Below are positions 38,875 to 47,804 of a stretch of DNA of 54,479 bases, one piece after another. The DNA lies in NCBI GenBank assembly GCA_027458945.1, contig DAIDOU010000101.1, positions 1-54,479 on the forward strand, in the 5' to 3' direction. How positions within the stretch are numbered: position 1 is the first letter of the stretch; each line of letters starts with the position of its first letter. The translations under genes were made by a program, and so were the position numbers. The notes beneath the pieces are model-generated. The model did not search any database. It was not told the DNA's origin and was given only the letters and a program-made list of their open reading frames with translations. The stretch is from Acidobacteriota bacterium (GTDB lineage: Bacteria > Acidobacteriota > Thermoanaerobaculia > Thermoanaerobaculales > Thermoanaerobaculaceae).

Positions 38875-39705
38875 GTGTCCCCGCAGGTGGGGATGCTCGA
38901 CGAACAGGCCCTCAGCGCCCTCGAGCGACGGGACCCGGATGCTGCGCTGACCCTGCTCGCGGAGATGAGCGGCGCCACTGACGAGCGGCTGCGACGCCTG
39001 GCGCGGGCGCTGTCGGGCCGGGTCATGGTCCGCGCGGCGTCGCCGCGCGGCGCACCACGGCCCGGCGCAGGGCGCATCCGGTCGCGGCGCTGGGAGCCGG
39101 GCGTGGACGTGGACGTGGATGCGAGCCTGGACGAGCTCATGGTCTCGAACCTCGCCGGGCGGGCCGCTGACCCGGCCGGGCTGCGCGGACCCGGCTGGGT
39201 CCGGTCCGCGACCGCGATCAGTCTCGTGCTGGACCGGTCCGGATCGATGGGCGGCGCAAGGCTGGCCACGGCGGCGGTGGCCGCGGCGGCGGTGGCGCTG
39301 CGAGACATCGAGGACTACAGCGTCATCGCCTTCGGCTCGGCCGTGCGCGTCGTCAAGGCGCAGCGCCAGCCGCGCTCCGTGGAGAGCGTCGTGGGCGACC
39401 TGCTGAGCCTGCGCGGCCACGGCCGCACCGATCTGGCCGCCGCGCTGCGAGCCGCCGCGCGCGAACTGTCGGACTCGGCCGCATCACGGCGGATCGTTCT
39501 GCTGCTCTCGGACGGGCGCGCCACCACCGGGGACGACCCGCTTCCGGCAGCGCGCGCACTGGACGAGCTGCTGGTGCTGGCGCCGGTCGGGCCGGACGAG
39601 TCCGGTGCGCAGGCGCGCGCACTGGCGCGGGCGGTCGGCGGTCGGGTGGCGGAGGTGACCGGACCGAGCGCTGTCCCTGCCGCGATCGCCGCCCTCTGGC
39701 CGTGA
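38875..39705 (+). CDS. von Willebrand factor A (VWA) domain protein, partner of MoxR
   Basis: MIDAS motif DRSGSMGG and SDGRATTG. The start is uncertain: in-frame GTG at 38875 and 38887, ATG at 38893, while the track ORF starts at 38662 overlapping moxR. Confidence 0.7.
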   Translation: MSPQVGMLDEQALSALERRDPDAALTLLAEMSGATDERLRRLARALSGRVMVRAASPRGAPRPGAGRIRSRRWEPGVDVDVDASLDELMVSNLAGRAADPAGLRGPGWVRSATAISLVLDRSGSMGGARLATAAVAAAAVALRDIEDYSVIAFGSAVRVVKAQRQPRSVESVVGDLLSLRGHGRTDLAAALRAAARELSDSAASRRIVLLLSDGRATTGDDPLPAARALDELLVLAPVGPDESGAQARALARAVGGRVAEVTGPSAVPAAIAALWP

Positions 39706-40136
39706 CGTCAGCGCGTGAGGCGTCGAGCCGGCCCGACCCGTCCTGCGGTGGCGATGCCGCGGGCTCGGAAAGCGATCGGGCCGCCCGCGGCCGGCCCTTC
39801 GCGGCCGATAGCCGCAGGCAGTGAAACACACTCTCCGCCGCAGCAAGCGTGCGGCAGATGGCCCAGACCCCGAAACGCACCCATCTGATCGATGAAGCGG
39901 ACCATCTCGTCGCGGGGCGGTCGAGCTCCGCGGCGAAAACGCCGACGCCGCCCGCAGTATCTCGTTCGCCCGCTTGAGCTCCGCGTTCTCCTGCTTCAAC
40001 CGCTTCACCTCAGCATGCTCGATCGAGGTCACTCCCGGCCGCTCGCCCGCGTCGACCTCGAAGCGGCGCCGCCACTTCTGTCGACGGCGCTCGAAAACTG
40101 GAAACCACCGGTGAAGGGCCCCGCGGAGAGCCGCTG
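39706..40136 (-). pseudogene. IS3-family transposase remnant (OrfA C-terminus plus start of OrfB, frameshifted and truncated)
   Basis: ...AEVKRLKQENAELKRANEILRAASAF (OrfA leucine-zipper end), then MVRFIDQ and RFGVWAICRTL in other frames. No complete ORF and no inverted repeats. Confidence 0.6.
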
Positions 40137-40493
40137 TCACGCCCCGATCTTGTGCTCCGCGAGGAGCAGCTGCACGGCCTCGCGGACGAGTTCGCTCTGC
40201 TTCTTGCCCGTCTGTTCCTCGAGCTGCTTGAATGCGGCGAAGTCGGCCTCAGCCAGCCGCCCCCGCACGGTGGGAGAGGCTCCCTTGGGGTGCTCGCCGA
40301 GTCGTGTACGCCCGGCACGCCGCAGCACGGCGTCCAGCGCCGCCTCGCTGCCGTACTCGCGCAACATGAGTGCGCGGCCGCGCCCGGCCGCTTCGGCGCC
40401 GGTTGCGATGTCCGTCACCTTCGGCATCGGGGTCGAGGGGTCGGTCAGCCACGCGGCCAGCGCGTCGTAGTCGGTGTCCTTGGGGTCAGCCAT
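40137..40493 (-). CDS. Ribbon-helix-helix (CopG-like) antitoxin candidate
   Basis: 118 aa. The ATG at 40491-40493 overlaps the upstream stop by 8 nt (ATGGCTGA). C-terminal RHH-like segment SPTVRGRLAEADFAAFKQLEEQTGKKQSELVREAVQLLL. Confidence 0.6.
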   Translation of the reverse strand: MADPKDTDYDALAAWLTDPSTPMPKVTDIATGAEAAGRGRALMLREYGSEAALDAVLRRAGRTRLGEHPKGASPTVRGRLAEADFAAFKQLEEQTGKKQSELVREAVQLLLAEHKIGA

Positions 40494-40764
40494 TGGGGTT
40501 CTCCTCTCGGTGTCGGCGGAACTTCGGGCCAAGCTCCATCGTGTGAAATACAAGGGCTTCGCGGCCGTCTGAGAACACTTCCACCAGGATCTCGATTTCG
40601 CGGTCGGTCTGCGGGTGCGGGTGCCCGATGTAGAGCCATACGTCACCGCTGGCGGAGCCTTCATCCGGCAGCTTGGCGGAGTACGTCGCGTGAACGACGG
40701 CGTACACCTGGTCGTCGCGTGGGATGCCATGCTTCTCGGTTGAGTCGGTCCACCCGGGCGTCAC
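40486..40764 (-). CDS. Small toxin candidate (BrnT/DUF497-like arrangement)
   Basis: 92 aa. W..S.EKHGI motif near the N-terminus and a C-terminal ...LVFHTMELGPKFRR. It precedes the RHH gene as in toxin-first brnTA-type modules. The family call is tentative. Confidence 0.45.
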   Translation of the reverse strand: MTPGWTDSTEKHGIPRDDQVYAVVHATYSAKLPDEGSASGDVWLYIGHPHPQTDREIEILVEVFSDGREALVFHTMELGPKFRRHREENPNG

Positions 40765-40940
40765 GCCCTCATGCTATCATGTAGCCGTCATTGGTGGATA
40801 CTAAATGTGTAGCCGATAACCGCTGCTGTGTCAGTTTGAAGTTACTCCGACCACAAGGGGCCGCCGGGCTCCCACGAAAGAGACCTACGTCGGGCTGTCT
40901 CAGATGGTGACGTCCCGCTGAGTGGATGCTCCTATTGCTG

Positions 40941-42060
40941 TCAAGGGCAAGGTGGAGGGGTGATTTGGTCGAGGGCGGTGTGTGCTTGGCGCTCGAGCGT
41001 GGTGTCGCCGCGGGTGCCGACCTCGAGGCGGCGGAGCTTCTGGTAGGGGGCTCCGAGGGTCGCGGCGAGGACCGTGATCGGGATGCCGAGGGCTTGGCGG
41101 CGTTGACGAAGGACCAGGCCTGTTGGTGTCTCGGGTGAGGGGTGGGTGAGGGTGTGGAAGATCTCGTTCGCGATGTGCCGTTTCAGGCAGCGGATGATGT
41201 CGCGGTCAGAGAGCCCCTCGGCTCGACGCCGGGCGAAGTACTCCTCCGTTCGGGGCTCTTGGTGTCGCATCCGCAGGAGCACGATGCGGTAGAGGGCGCT
41301 GTTCGCTTGCCGGTTCCCACCTCGAGAGAGGCGGTGTCGGATGCGTTGCCCTGATGAGGCGGGGATCGGGGCGGCACCGCAGAGGGATGCGAACGCGGCC
41401 TTGGAGGTGAGTCTTTCGGGGTTGTCTCCGGCGGCGGTCAGGATGGTCGCCGCGACGACGACACCGACGCCGCTGAGGGCGAGGAGTGCCGGGTTGACGG
41501 CTCGGACGAGGGCATCGAGTTGCGCGTCGATGATCGTGAGCTCGTTGCGGAGAAGCGTGTGTCGGATCGCGAGCCGCTTCAACGTCTGCCGGGCGACGGA
41601 GTCAGGATCGGAGCCGCCTGAAGGCCTGGTCCGGTTCAAGACGGCGACAAGTTTCGTCTTGTCCAGTGCCCGGTAGTCCTGGCGAACCCGGTCGGGTGCG
41701 GTGATCAGGAGGCCGTGGATTTGGTTCATGGTCTGCGACCGGGCCTTGACCGCGGAATGGCGTTCGCTCATCAGAATCCGAAGCGATTCCACGCCCCCGT
41801 CACCCCGTTTCGGAGTCGCCGTCTGGGTGCCGGCGATGACCCCCAGCGCGGCTTGGTGGGCATCGATCGGGTCGGACTTCCCTTTGAGCCTGCGATGCTG
41901 CCTGTTCGGGCGGGCGATCTCCATGGCAGTGATTCCCGCAATCGCGAGGGCGCGAGCGATGCCGGCGCCGTAGGAGCCGGTGCCCTCGACGCCGACACGC
42001 TCGACGGTCTCGTGCTCCTGGAAGAACGCGACGACAGGGCGCCGATCCAAGTAACGATGA
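40941..42060 (-). pseudogene. IS110-family transposase, 5'-truncated
   Basis: ...VERVGVEGTGSYGAGIARAL...GKSDPIDAHQAA... plus the C-terminal domain (FASLCGAAPIPASSGQ..RHRLSRGGNRQANSALY). The N-terminal catalytic start is missing. The track ORF N-terminus is read-through of the tRNA. Confidence 0.75.
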
Positions 42061-42102
42061 CTTTTGGGGACCAGAACGCCGGGGGCCCGGAAAAGACGAA
42101 GC

Positions 42103-42137
42103 CCTGGTGAGAAACATGCTCTCACCAGGATTTTTTG
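42103..42137. terminator. Stem-loop with a T/A tract adjacent to the tRNA-Pro 3' end
   Basis: CCTGGTGAG (42103-42111), 9-nt loop, CTCACCAGG (42121-42129), ATTTTTT. On the minus strand it follows the tRNA directly. Confidence 0.6.
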
Positions 42138-42211
42138 TCGGGCTGACAGGATTTGAACCTGCGACCCCATGACCCCCAGTCATGTGCGCTACCAAGCTGC
42201 GCCACAGCCCG
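42138..42211 (-). tRNA. tRNA-Pro: tRNA-Pro (anticodon GGG)
   Basis: The reverse complement folds as a cloverleaf: acceptor CGGGCTG/CAGCCCG, D-arm GCGC-AGCTTGGTA-GCGC, anticodon arm CATGA-CTGGGGG-TCATG, T-arm GCAGG-TTCAAAT-CCTGT, discriminator A. No encoded CCA. Confidence 0.93.
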
Positions 42212-42401
42212 TGACGTTCGATATTCAGTTGTGTCGGGCCGACTGGAAAGGGCCTAAACCCCTTATCCCCCAGGCGTCCAAACTGCTCGATCTGGCATTG
42301 ATCCCGCGTGGTTCTGCGGCTCAAGTCATGCCGAGCGCGTCACGAGATGCATGGTTTCCATGGTTTTGGTCCCCTTTTTGGTCCCCGCACCGGGGACGTG
42401 A

Positions 42402-42416
42402 CCCCAAGCAGGGAAC
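42402..42416. repeat. Left copy of the 15-bp target-site duplication of the IS481-family element
   Basis: CCCCAAGCAGGGAAC, identical to 43843-43857. Confidence 0.8.
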
Positions 42417-43842
42417 TGTGATGTCGCAGGACATCGGTGACGGTTCTGTGTCAGGACATCGGTGACACTTCCGGGGTGTCTGGTGGTGACACTTCTGCCG
42501 TTCTGATTGGTGGGTGAGCAAAAACGAGCCTGTCGATCCCCGTGTCCGTCTTGCGATCGCCCAGTGGCCGCCGGACGCGCCACGAGGTGCGGTGACGACG
42601 TTCTGCGCTGAGCACTCGGTCTCGAGGAAGACGTTCTACGAGATCCGGAAACGCGTCGCCGCCGATGGGCCTGCGGCGGCGTTGGAGCCACGCTCAAGGC
42701 GTCCGAAGAGCAGCCCGACGACGATCGCCGATGAGGTGAAGCAGCAAGCACTCGGGGTGCGGGCCGCGCTGGAGCAGTCGGGGCTGGATCACGGTCCGAT
42801 CAGCGTGCATGAGAAGCTGCGCGCCCTCGGGATGACCGCCCCGTCCCCGGCGTCGCTGGCGCGGGTCTTCCGTGACGCAGGCGTCGCGAGGTTGGAGCCA
42901 AAGAAGAAGCCTCGGGCCGCGTGGCGCCGGTTCGTGTATCCGGCGCCGAACGCGTGCTGGCAGCTGGATGCGACCGAATATGTCCTGACCGGTGGGCGCA
43001 AGTGCGTGATCTTCCAACTCATCGATGATCACGCCCGCTACGCCGTCGCCTCCCACGTCGCGGGGTCAGAGACCGCCGAAGCGGCTGTGATGGTCGTGAA
43101 GAAGGGCATCAACGCGCACGGGGTCCCGCAGCGGCTTCTCAGCGACAACGGCCTCGCGCTCAACCCCTCCCGACGTGGGGTGATCGGTCAACTCACCGCG
43201 TATGTCACCTCTCTCGGAGTCGAGGCGATCACCGGGAAACCATACAAGCCGACCACGCAGGGCAAGAACGAACGCTTCCATCAGACCCTGTTCCGCTTCC
43301 TCGATAAGCAGCCTCTCGCCGAGACGATCGAGCAACTTCAGGAGCAGGTCGACCAGTTCGACATCATCTACAACACGCAGCGTCCGCACCAGGGCCTACC
43401 CGGCAGGATCACACCGCAGCAGGCATGGGAAGCGACACGGAAGGCCGACCCGCCCCGGCCTCGCCCCGACAACACGCAGCGGCCACTGCCACGGCACGCT
43501 CCCGCGACCACCATGCACGGTCGGGCCGCCGACGAGGTGCGTGTCGCACGGATCCGCGGCAACGGGACCGTCAAAGCACGCGGCGTGTTGTTCCAGACCA
43601 GCAGCACCCTCGCCGGGCAGAGCGCCTATGTCGTTTACGAACAGGACACCGTGCTGTTCTTCGACGACGCCGGCACCCTGATCATCGAACACTCCTGGCC
43701 CGATCCCGGCATCAGATACGTCGGCAACGGGAAACCCCGAGGCCGACGACCCCAAACCCTCTAACCGTCACCGATGTCCAGACACAGGAAGTGTCACCGA
43801 TGTCCAGATACAGTTTCGTCACCGATGCCCCGAGACATCACA
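42417..43842 (+). mobile_element. Intact IS481-family insertion sequence
   Basis: Terminal inverted repeats TGTGATGTC... (42417) and ...GACATCACA (43842). 2-3 subterminal copies of GGACATCGGTGAC at each end. Single transposase ORF. Flanked by a 15-bp direct repeat. Confidence 0.85.
42514..43764 (+). CDS. IS481-family transposase (DDE integrase core)
   Basis: 416 aa with a GTG start. N-terminal HTH. DDE core with CWQLDATEY, LSDNG, KPYKPTTQGKNERFHQTL. Confidence 0.9.
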   Translation: MSKNEPVDPRVRLAIAQWPPDAPRGAVTTFCAEHSVSRKTFYEIRKRVAADGPAAALEPRSRRPKSSPTTIADEVKQQALGVRAALEQSGLDHGPISVHEKLRALGMTAPSPASLARVFRDAGVARLEPKKKPRAAWRRFVYPAPNACWQLDATEYVLTGGRKCVIFQLIDDHARYAVASHVAGSETAEAAVMVVKKGINAHGVPQRLLSDNGLALNPSRRGVIGQLTAYVTSLGVEAITGKPYKPTTQGKNERFHQTLFRFLDKQPLAETIEQLQEQVDQFDIIYNTQRPHQGLPGRITPQQAWEATRKADPPRPRPDNTQRPLPRHAPATTMHGRAADEVRVARIRGNGTVKARGVLFQTSSTLAGQSAYVVYEQDTVLFFDDAGTLIIEHSWPDPGIRYVGNGKPRGRRPQTL

Positions 43843-43857
43843 CCCCAAGCAGGGAAC
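43843..43857. repeat. Right copy of the 15-bp target-site duplication
   Basis: CCCCAAGCAGGGAAC, identical to 42402-42416. Confidence 0.8.
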
Positions 43858-43889
43858 TCGCGGGCTTTCGAGGTTCGAAGTTCGCGAGT
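43856..43889 (-). terminator. Stem-loop just downstream of the PrimPol-helicase stop
   Basis: ACTCGCG (43856-43862) pairs with CGCGAGT (43883-43889), with further inner pairing. It lies 7 nt after the stop at 43896-43898 on the minus strand. Confidence 0.4.
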
Positions 43890-43895
43890 CGACGA

Positions 43896-46328
43896 TCAGG
43901 CGGAACCTTCCTGGCCGACTGTGGCCTGTACCCGCTCGCCACCCTCAACAGGTTCCGCCGTCACGAAGCCTTCCTTCGACATCACGCGTCTGCGCCGTGA
44001 GTACATGCGTTCCAAGATAGGCACGTTCTTGTCTCGGTAGTCGTGAACGATCGCGGGCATAGACTGCTCCGCTCGTCCACGCGTGATGCGGCCGATCTGC
44101 TGAATGACGCGCCCTTTGAAAGAGACCGGGACAGTGAGGAAGAGAGTGTTGAGCGTCGGGAGGTCGAGACCTTCTCCGGCGATCTTGTCGATGGCGACAA
44201 GAACGAACGGCTGCTGCTGCGCGTCCATCTCCTCGAGCGAATGCCTGATGTCACGGCGGTTGGCGGCGGTGAGGCGTCCGTGAAGCCGGATCACCGGCGA
44301 AGCGCATGATTCCAGCGCATCCGCGAGCGCGTCGAGGTGTTGGAGCCTGTTTGTCAGTACGAGGCAAGTGCGCCCCTGGTCGGCTGCTTCTCTGACGTGC
44401 CCTGTAATCATTGCGTTGCGCTCGGTATCGGCGGCGAGTTCCGAGTAAATCGCCTGAACGGATGGACCGTCGATTCCGGGTTCCTCGGTGCGGAAGGTCG
44501 TCTCATGGACGACCATCTCGCGAGCAGCATGATCGGCGGTGTCGACCACGTGGCGGATCGGACCGCATTGCATCGTGATCAGTCCATTCATCTGATCGGC
44601 GCGGTAGGGTGTCGCCGTCATCCCCACCCAGTAGCGGACATTGACGTTGCGCAGGGCGGCTTCGGTTGCTGGTGCTGCGACGGCGTGGCATTCGTCGATG
44701 ATGATCTGCCCGTACTCCTCCAGCATGCTGGGGTCCGCGTTCCGATGCGCGACGGACTGCATCATGATCAGGTCCACAACGCCGCGCCGTTTCCGTCGCC
44801 CCGCCCCGAGCTGACCAATCTGCTTCTCGGTCAGGCCAAGGAACTGCTGGAGTCGTTCGCGCCACTGGGCGAGCAGTTCGGCACGGTTCACGAGGATCGC
44901 CGTTGGCGTCGCGCGTTCGGCGATGAGGGCGCAGGCCATGACCGTCTTGCCTGCGCCTGGAGGAGCGACGAGCACTCCGGTGTCGTGCGCGAGGAGCGCA
45001 TCGACCGCGCGCAGTTGCTCGTCTCGGAGTTGACCCGCAAAGGTCACCTCTAGACACGCCGGCGCCGTAGCCACTGTCTCGGTCGTTGTCTGGAAGCCTG
45101 CGTCCGCGAGGAGCGCTTCGGCTTCGTCGGCGAGTCCCCGAGGCAGGCGCAGTTCGTGCTCGTCATGCTCGAAGCTGGTGACCAGACGCGGCGTGCCGAA
45201 GGTACTGAACCGCTGAGCCTGTCTGCGGTAGAACTCCGGATTGGGCACGGACGCCATGTGCTTGAGTTCGGTGATCACAATCCCCGGAAGGAGCTCTGTC
45301 GGGATGTGCAGAACCGCATCGCGGCGTAGCCCCAGCTTTCGTCCCGCTATCGTGCGCGCGACCGCCTTGATACTTGATCGCCGCGGCCGTGCACCGAGCG
45401 ACTCCGCGGGCCCCACGCGTGACTCCGCGAGGCTCGTCGAACCGAGTTCAGCGACCCGTTCGACGGGTACGGGCGTCGTCATTGCCAGGGCCGCGAACTG
45501 ATCCTCATACGGATCCCAGGTCCCGGGATCGACGAACACGGTCGTCCCGCGTCGGCGGCAGTCGCCCTGCAACGGTAGCGCGATGAGATTGCCCAGGCGC
45601 GCCCGCCCAGTGGATCGTTCCGGCAGGGTGTCTTGCGACGGAAAGAAGCGATCGTAACTCTGAAAATCCATCGTCGGTCGGCGCGCCATGGCGGCGCGCA
45701 GAAGGCGCATCCCTGCCGTGCGTGCTGTCGCCGCCGGAACAAGGTCCTCGATAAAGATCCAGACATGCGCACCCTCACCGGATCGCGACACTTCGGTGAG
45801 CACGTCGATCCTGGCGCGCTCGCACTCCGCAACGAATGCTGCGGCATCATGCCGCCACTGCGCGTCGTCGAAGTCGCAGACCAGTAGACGGCACTGGTCG
45901 CCAGCAAGCATCGGGTAGAGGCCTGCGTGAAACTCGCGCTCTCCGGGTTGAGAAGCGCCTCGAAGATGCCGCTCCACGGTTCGATTTTCGAGTGGCAGAT
46001 AGTCCGCAGTGGTCTCGGATCCGGTGTAAAAGCCGCCGCGTACCGCGGGGGCCCAACCTGACTTTCCCGTGCGCGCGCTGGTCCATCGCACCGCGTGGAC
46101 ATCATTCCTGCCGACGAAGCGAGCACGGAACAGGGCGAGCTTTTCGGCACTCGACGATGCTGCCGTCACCGCAGGCAGCAGGCCAGCACGAGCGGGTACA
46201 GCCACCAAGGCCTTTTCCATCGCGTCTCTCGCGCGCTCAAGTTCTCCGAGCTCGCTGCGAGCCTCCGCGAGGTCCTGCTCCAGTCTCGTGATCCGAGACC
46301 TCAAGATGTCGATCTCGGCGTCAGTCAA
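43896..46328 (-). CDS. Fusion protein: coiled coil + archaeo-eukaryotic primase-polymerase (AEP/PrimPol) + SF2 DEAD/DEAH-type helicase
   Basis: 810 aa. AEP motifs LLVCDFDD (D152, D154), SGEGAHVW (H188), GNLIALPLQG. Helicase motifs APPGAGKT (K461), DECH (545-548), TATP, QQIGRITRG. The start is a TTG at 46326-46328 overlapping the abiEii stop (TTGACTGA). The next in-frame ATG is codon 36. Confidence 0.85.
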   Translation of the reverse strand: MTDAEIDILRSRITRLEQDLAEARSELGELERARDAMEKALVAVPARAGLLPAVTAASSSAEKLALFRARFVGRNDVHAVRWTSARTGKSGWAPAVRGGFYTGSETTADYLPLENRTVERHLRGASQPGEREFHAGLYPMLAGDQCRLLVCDFDDAQWRHDAAAFVAECERARIDVLTEVSRSGEGAHVWIFIEDLVPAATARTAGMRLLRAAMARRPTMDFQSYDRFFPSQDTLPERSTGRARLGNLIALPLQGDCRRRGTTVFVDPGTWDPYEDQFAALAMTTPVPVERVAELGSTSLAESRVGPAESLGARPRRSSIKAVARTIAGRKLGLRRDAVLHIPTELLPGIVITELKHMASVPNPEFYRRQAQRFSTFGTPRLVTSFEHDEHELRLPRGLADEAEALLADAGFQTTTETVATAPACLEVTFAGQLRDEQLRAVDALLAHDTGVLVAPPGAGKTVMACALIAERATPTAILVNRAELLAQWRERLQQFLGLTEKQIGQLGAGRRKRRGVVDLIMMQSVAHRNADPSMLEEYGQIIIDECHAVAAPATEAALRNVNVRYWVGMTATPYRADQMNGLITMQCGPIRHVVDTADHAAREMVVHETTFRTEEPGIDGPSVQAIYSELAADTERNAMITGHVREAADQGRTCLVLTNRLQHLDALADALESCASPVIRLHGRLTAANRRDIRHSLEEMDAQQQPFVLVAIDKIAGEGLDLPTLNTLFLTVPVSFKGRVIQQIGRITRGRAEQSMPAIVHDYRDKNVPILERMYSRRRRVMSKEGFVTAEPVEGGERVQATVGQEGSA

Positions 46329-47229
46329 CGGCTTTTCCCCAGGACTGAGCGTTCGGGTCCCATATCAGATGGGCCACGTTATTTGTCAGGGCAGGTTCGG
46401 CGAAGAGTATGCATGCCTGAAGAAGTTCGACGAAGCTCTCCGGTGTCGACTGTTCGAGTCGTTGCTTTTTACGCCACGTTTCCCACTTGCGTTGTGCCAG
46501 CGCCGGCATCCCCGCGATCAGTGGCCCAAGAGGTTCGATGTCGACGTGACGGTAGCGGGCGACGGTGTCGATCGCTTCGCGCAGGTCTGCTCCGCGGATG
46601 ATCCTGGACCGTGCGATGGCCGCGATGTCGGTGAAGTCGCGCCAGCGGGTGTTCTGCTCACCTCGTTCGAGTGCGGTGACGATCTTCTCGGCAAGCACCA
46701 TGTGGTCGGGATAGCCTCTCAAGCGAAGTGTTCCGCCGAGCAGCAGCGGGAGCACGACTTCAGTCGGGGCCGGCCAGATCGGATCACCAAAGTTCACGTC
46801 GACGTGCAGAGCTACCCGCGCTGTCGCGAGTTGCGCGGTGATCTTGACGCGGACACCGTTGTAATCGGCGTCGTCCCGGATTGGCTCTCCTACTGCGGAG
46901 TCCGAGTCGAACTCCAATCCGTCCTCGAGGTGCACTTCGATGATGCTGCGCACCCGTTGCTCGACATCGGCTATGTCGTTGGCGAATCCAGTCGCTGCGA
47001 AGTCGATATCGCGGGTCGGCCGTCGCGCAGCGAATGCCGCCATAAGCACACCGCCCTTGAGTACGAACTCTCCGACATGCTCAGAGACGGCCAACCGGGC
47101 GAGAAAACCTTCGAGCGCGTACAGCGTGAAGTACTCAGCAGGATCGCGTCCGTCGCGGCGGGCGAGATTGCGCAGATCGTTGTACGCCTGCCCAGCAGGA
47201 GTGTCTCGTGTCGGCGTTGGCGGAGTCAT
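46321..47229 (-). CDS. abiEii: AbiEii/AbiGii-family nucleotidyltransferase toxin (DUF1814)
   Basis: 302 aa from the ATG at 47227-47229, with an ATGA overlap with abiEi. NTase motifs FVLKGG..., RPTRDIDF (D74, D76), DVNFGDPI. Confidence 0.85.
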   Translation of the reverse strand: MTPPTPTRDTPAGQAYNDLRNLARRDGRDPAEYFTLYALEGFLARLAVSEHVGEFVLKGGVLMAAFAARRPTRDIDFAATGFANDIADVEQRVRSIIEVHLEDGLEFDSDSAVGEPIRDDADYNGVRVKITAQLATARVALHVDVNFGDPIWPAPTEVVLPLLLGGTLRLRGYPDHMVLAEKIVTALERGEQNTRWRDFTDIAAIARSRIIRGADLREAIDTVARYRHVDIEPLGPLIAGMPALAQRKWETWRKKQRLEQSTPESFVELLQACILFAEPALTNNVAHLIWDPNAQSWGKAVD

Positions 47230-47804
47230 AGGAGCGCCTCGAGCGCCTGGCGGATCCGCGGCTGCGCCTTTGGGAACGACGAGGCAACCTTCAACAGGGC
47301 TGCCGGTGAGTTCCCGCGGCGGCGTAACCACCGTCGGAGTGCGTCGTAGGCGACGTCGCTGCCTTCTTGATGCATGAGCCGGAAGCAGTCCACGATCGTT
47401 CTCTCGGCTGAGTAGATGGAGAACCTAAGTCCATTTCCGGCATCGATGTGGTCGCGTCCGATGTGAAAAGTTGTCGGGTCGAAGCTGTGCCAGGCAACGT
47501 GAGCGAGCCCAACGGGATGATGGACACCACGCGGTAGGGCGATATCGGACTCGAACGGGATGGCGTCGCTCAGGTCGTGGTGCACGAGCGCACTCGTTAG
47601 ACACAACGTCGCCTCTTCACGCACGGCCGTTGCTGCGGCGAGCGAAGCAAAGGCAGTGTCGATCTTGTCAGGACGCAGATACACGCCGCGACCTACGCGT
47701 TCGATCTCACCCTTCGCGAGAAGGTCGTAAACCTGATCTTTCCGCAGGCCTGCGGTGCGAGCGTCGCCGAGCGTGAACACGGGTCCGAGGTCCGCCGCCA
47801 TCAT
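47226..47804 (-). CDS. abiEi: AbiEi-family type IV antitoxin / transcriptional regulator
   Basis: 192 aa. GGGAGG RBS before ATGATG. N-terminal winged-HTH (FTLGDARTAGLRKDQVYDLLAKGEIERVGRGVY) and a C-terminal AbiEi_4-like domain. Confidence 0.8.
   Translation of the reverse strand: MMAADLGPVFTLGDARTAGLRKDQVYDLLAKGEIERVGRGVYLRPDKIDTAFASLAAATAVREEATLCLTSALVHHDLSDAIPFESDIALPRGVHHPVGLAHVAWHSFDPTTFHIGRDHIDAGNGLRFSIYSAERTIVDCFRLMHQEGSDVAYDALRRWLRRRGNSPAALLKVASSFPKAQPRIRQALEALL

Noticed and set aside
40889-40903. Possible attachment-site repeat of the tRNA-Pro 3' end (GTCGGGCTG...)
   Set aside because: Only 9 nt match the tRNA 3' region before the sequences diverge. That is too short to distinguish from chance in GC-rich DNA, so no island att boundary is claimed.
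42060-42170. N-terminal part of the 409-aa IS110 ORF (MGSQVQILSARQK...)
   Set aside because: This segment is a translation of the tRNA-Pro gene and its terminator (GSQVQI = GGTTCAAATCC region). Real transposase homology starts further downstream, so the gene is called 5'-truncated.
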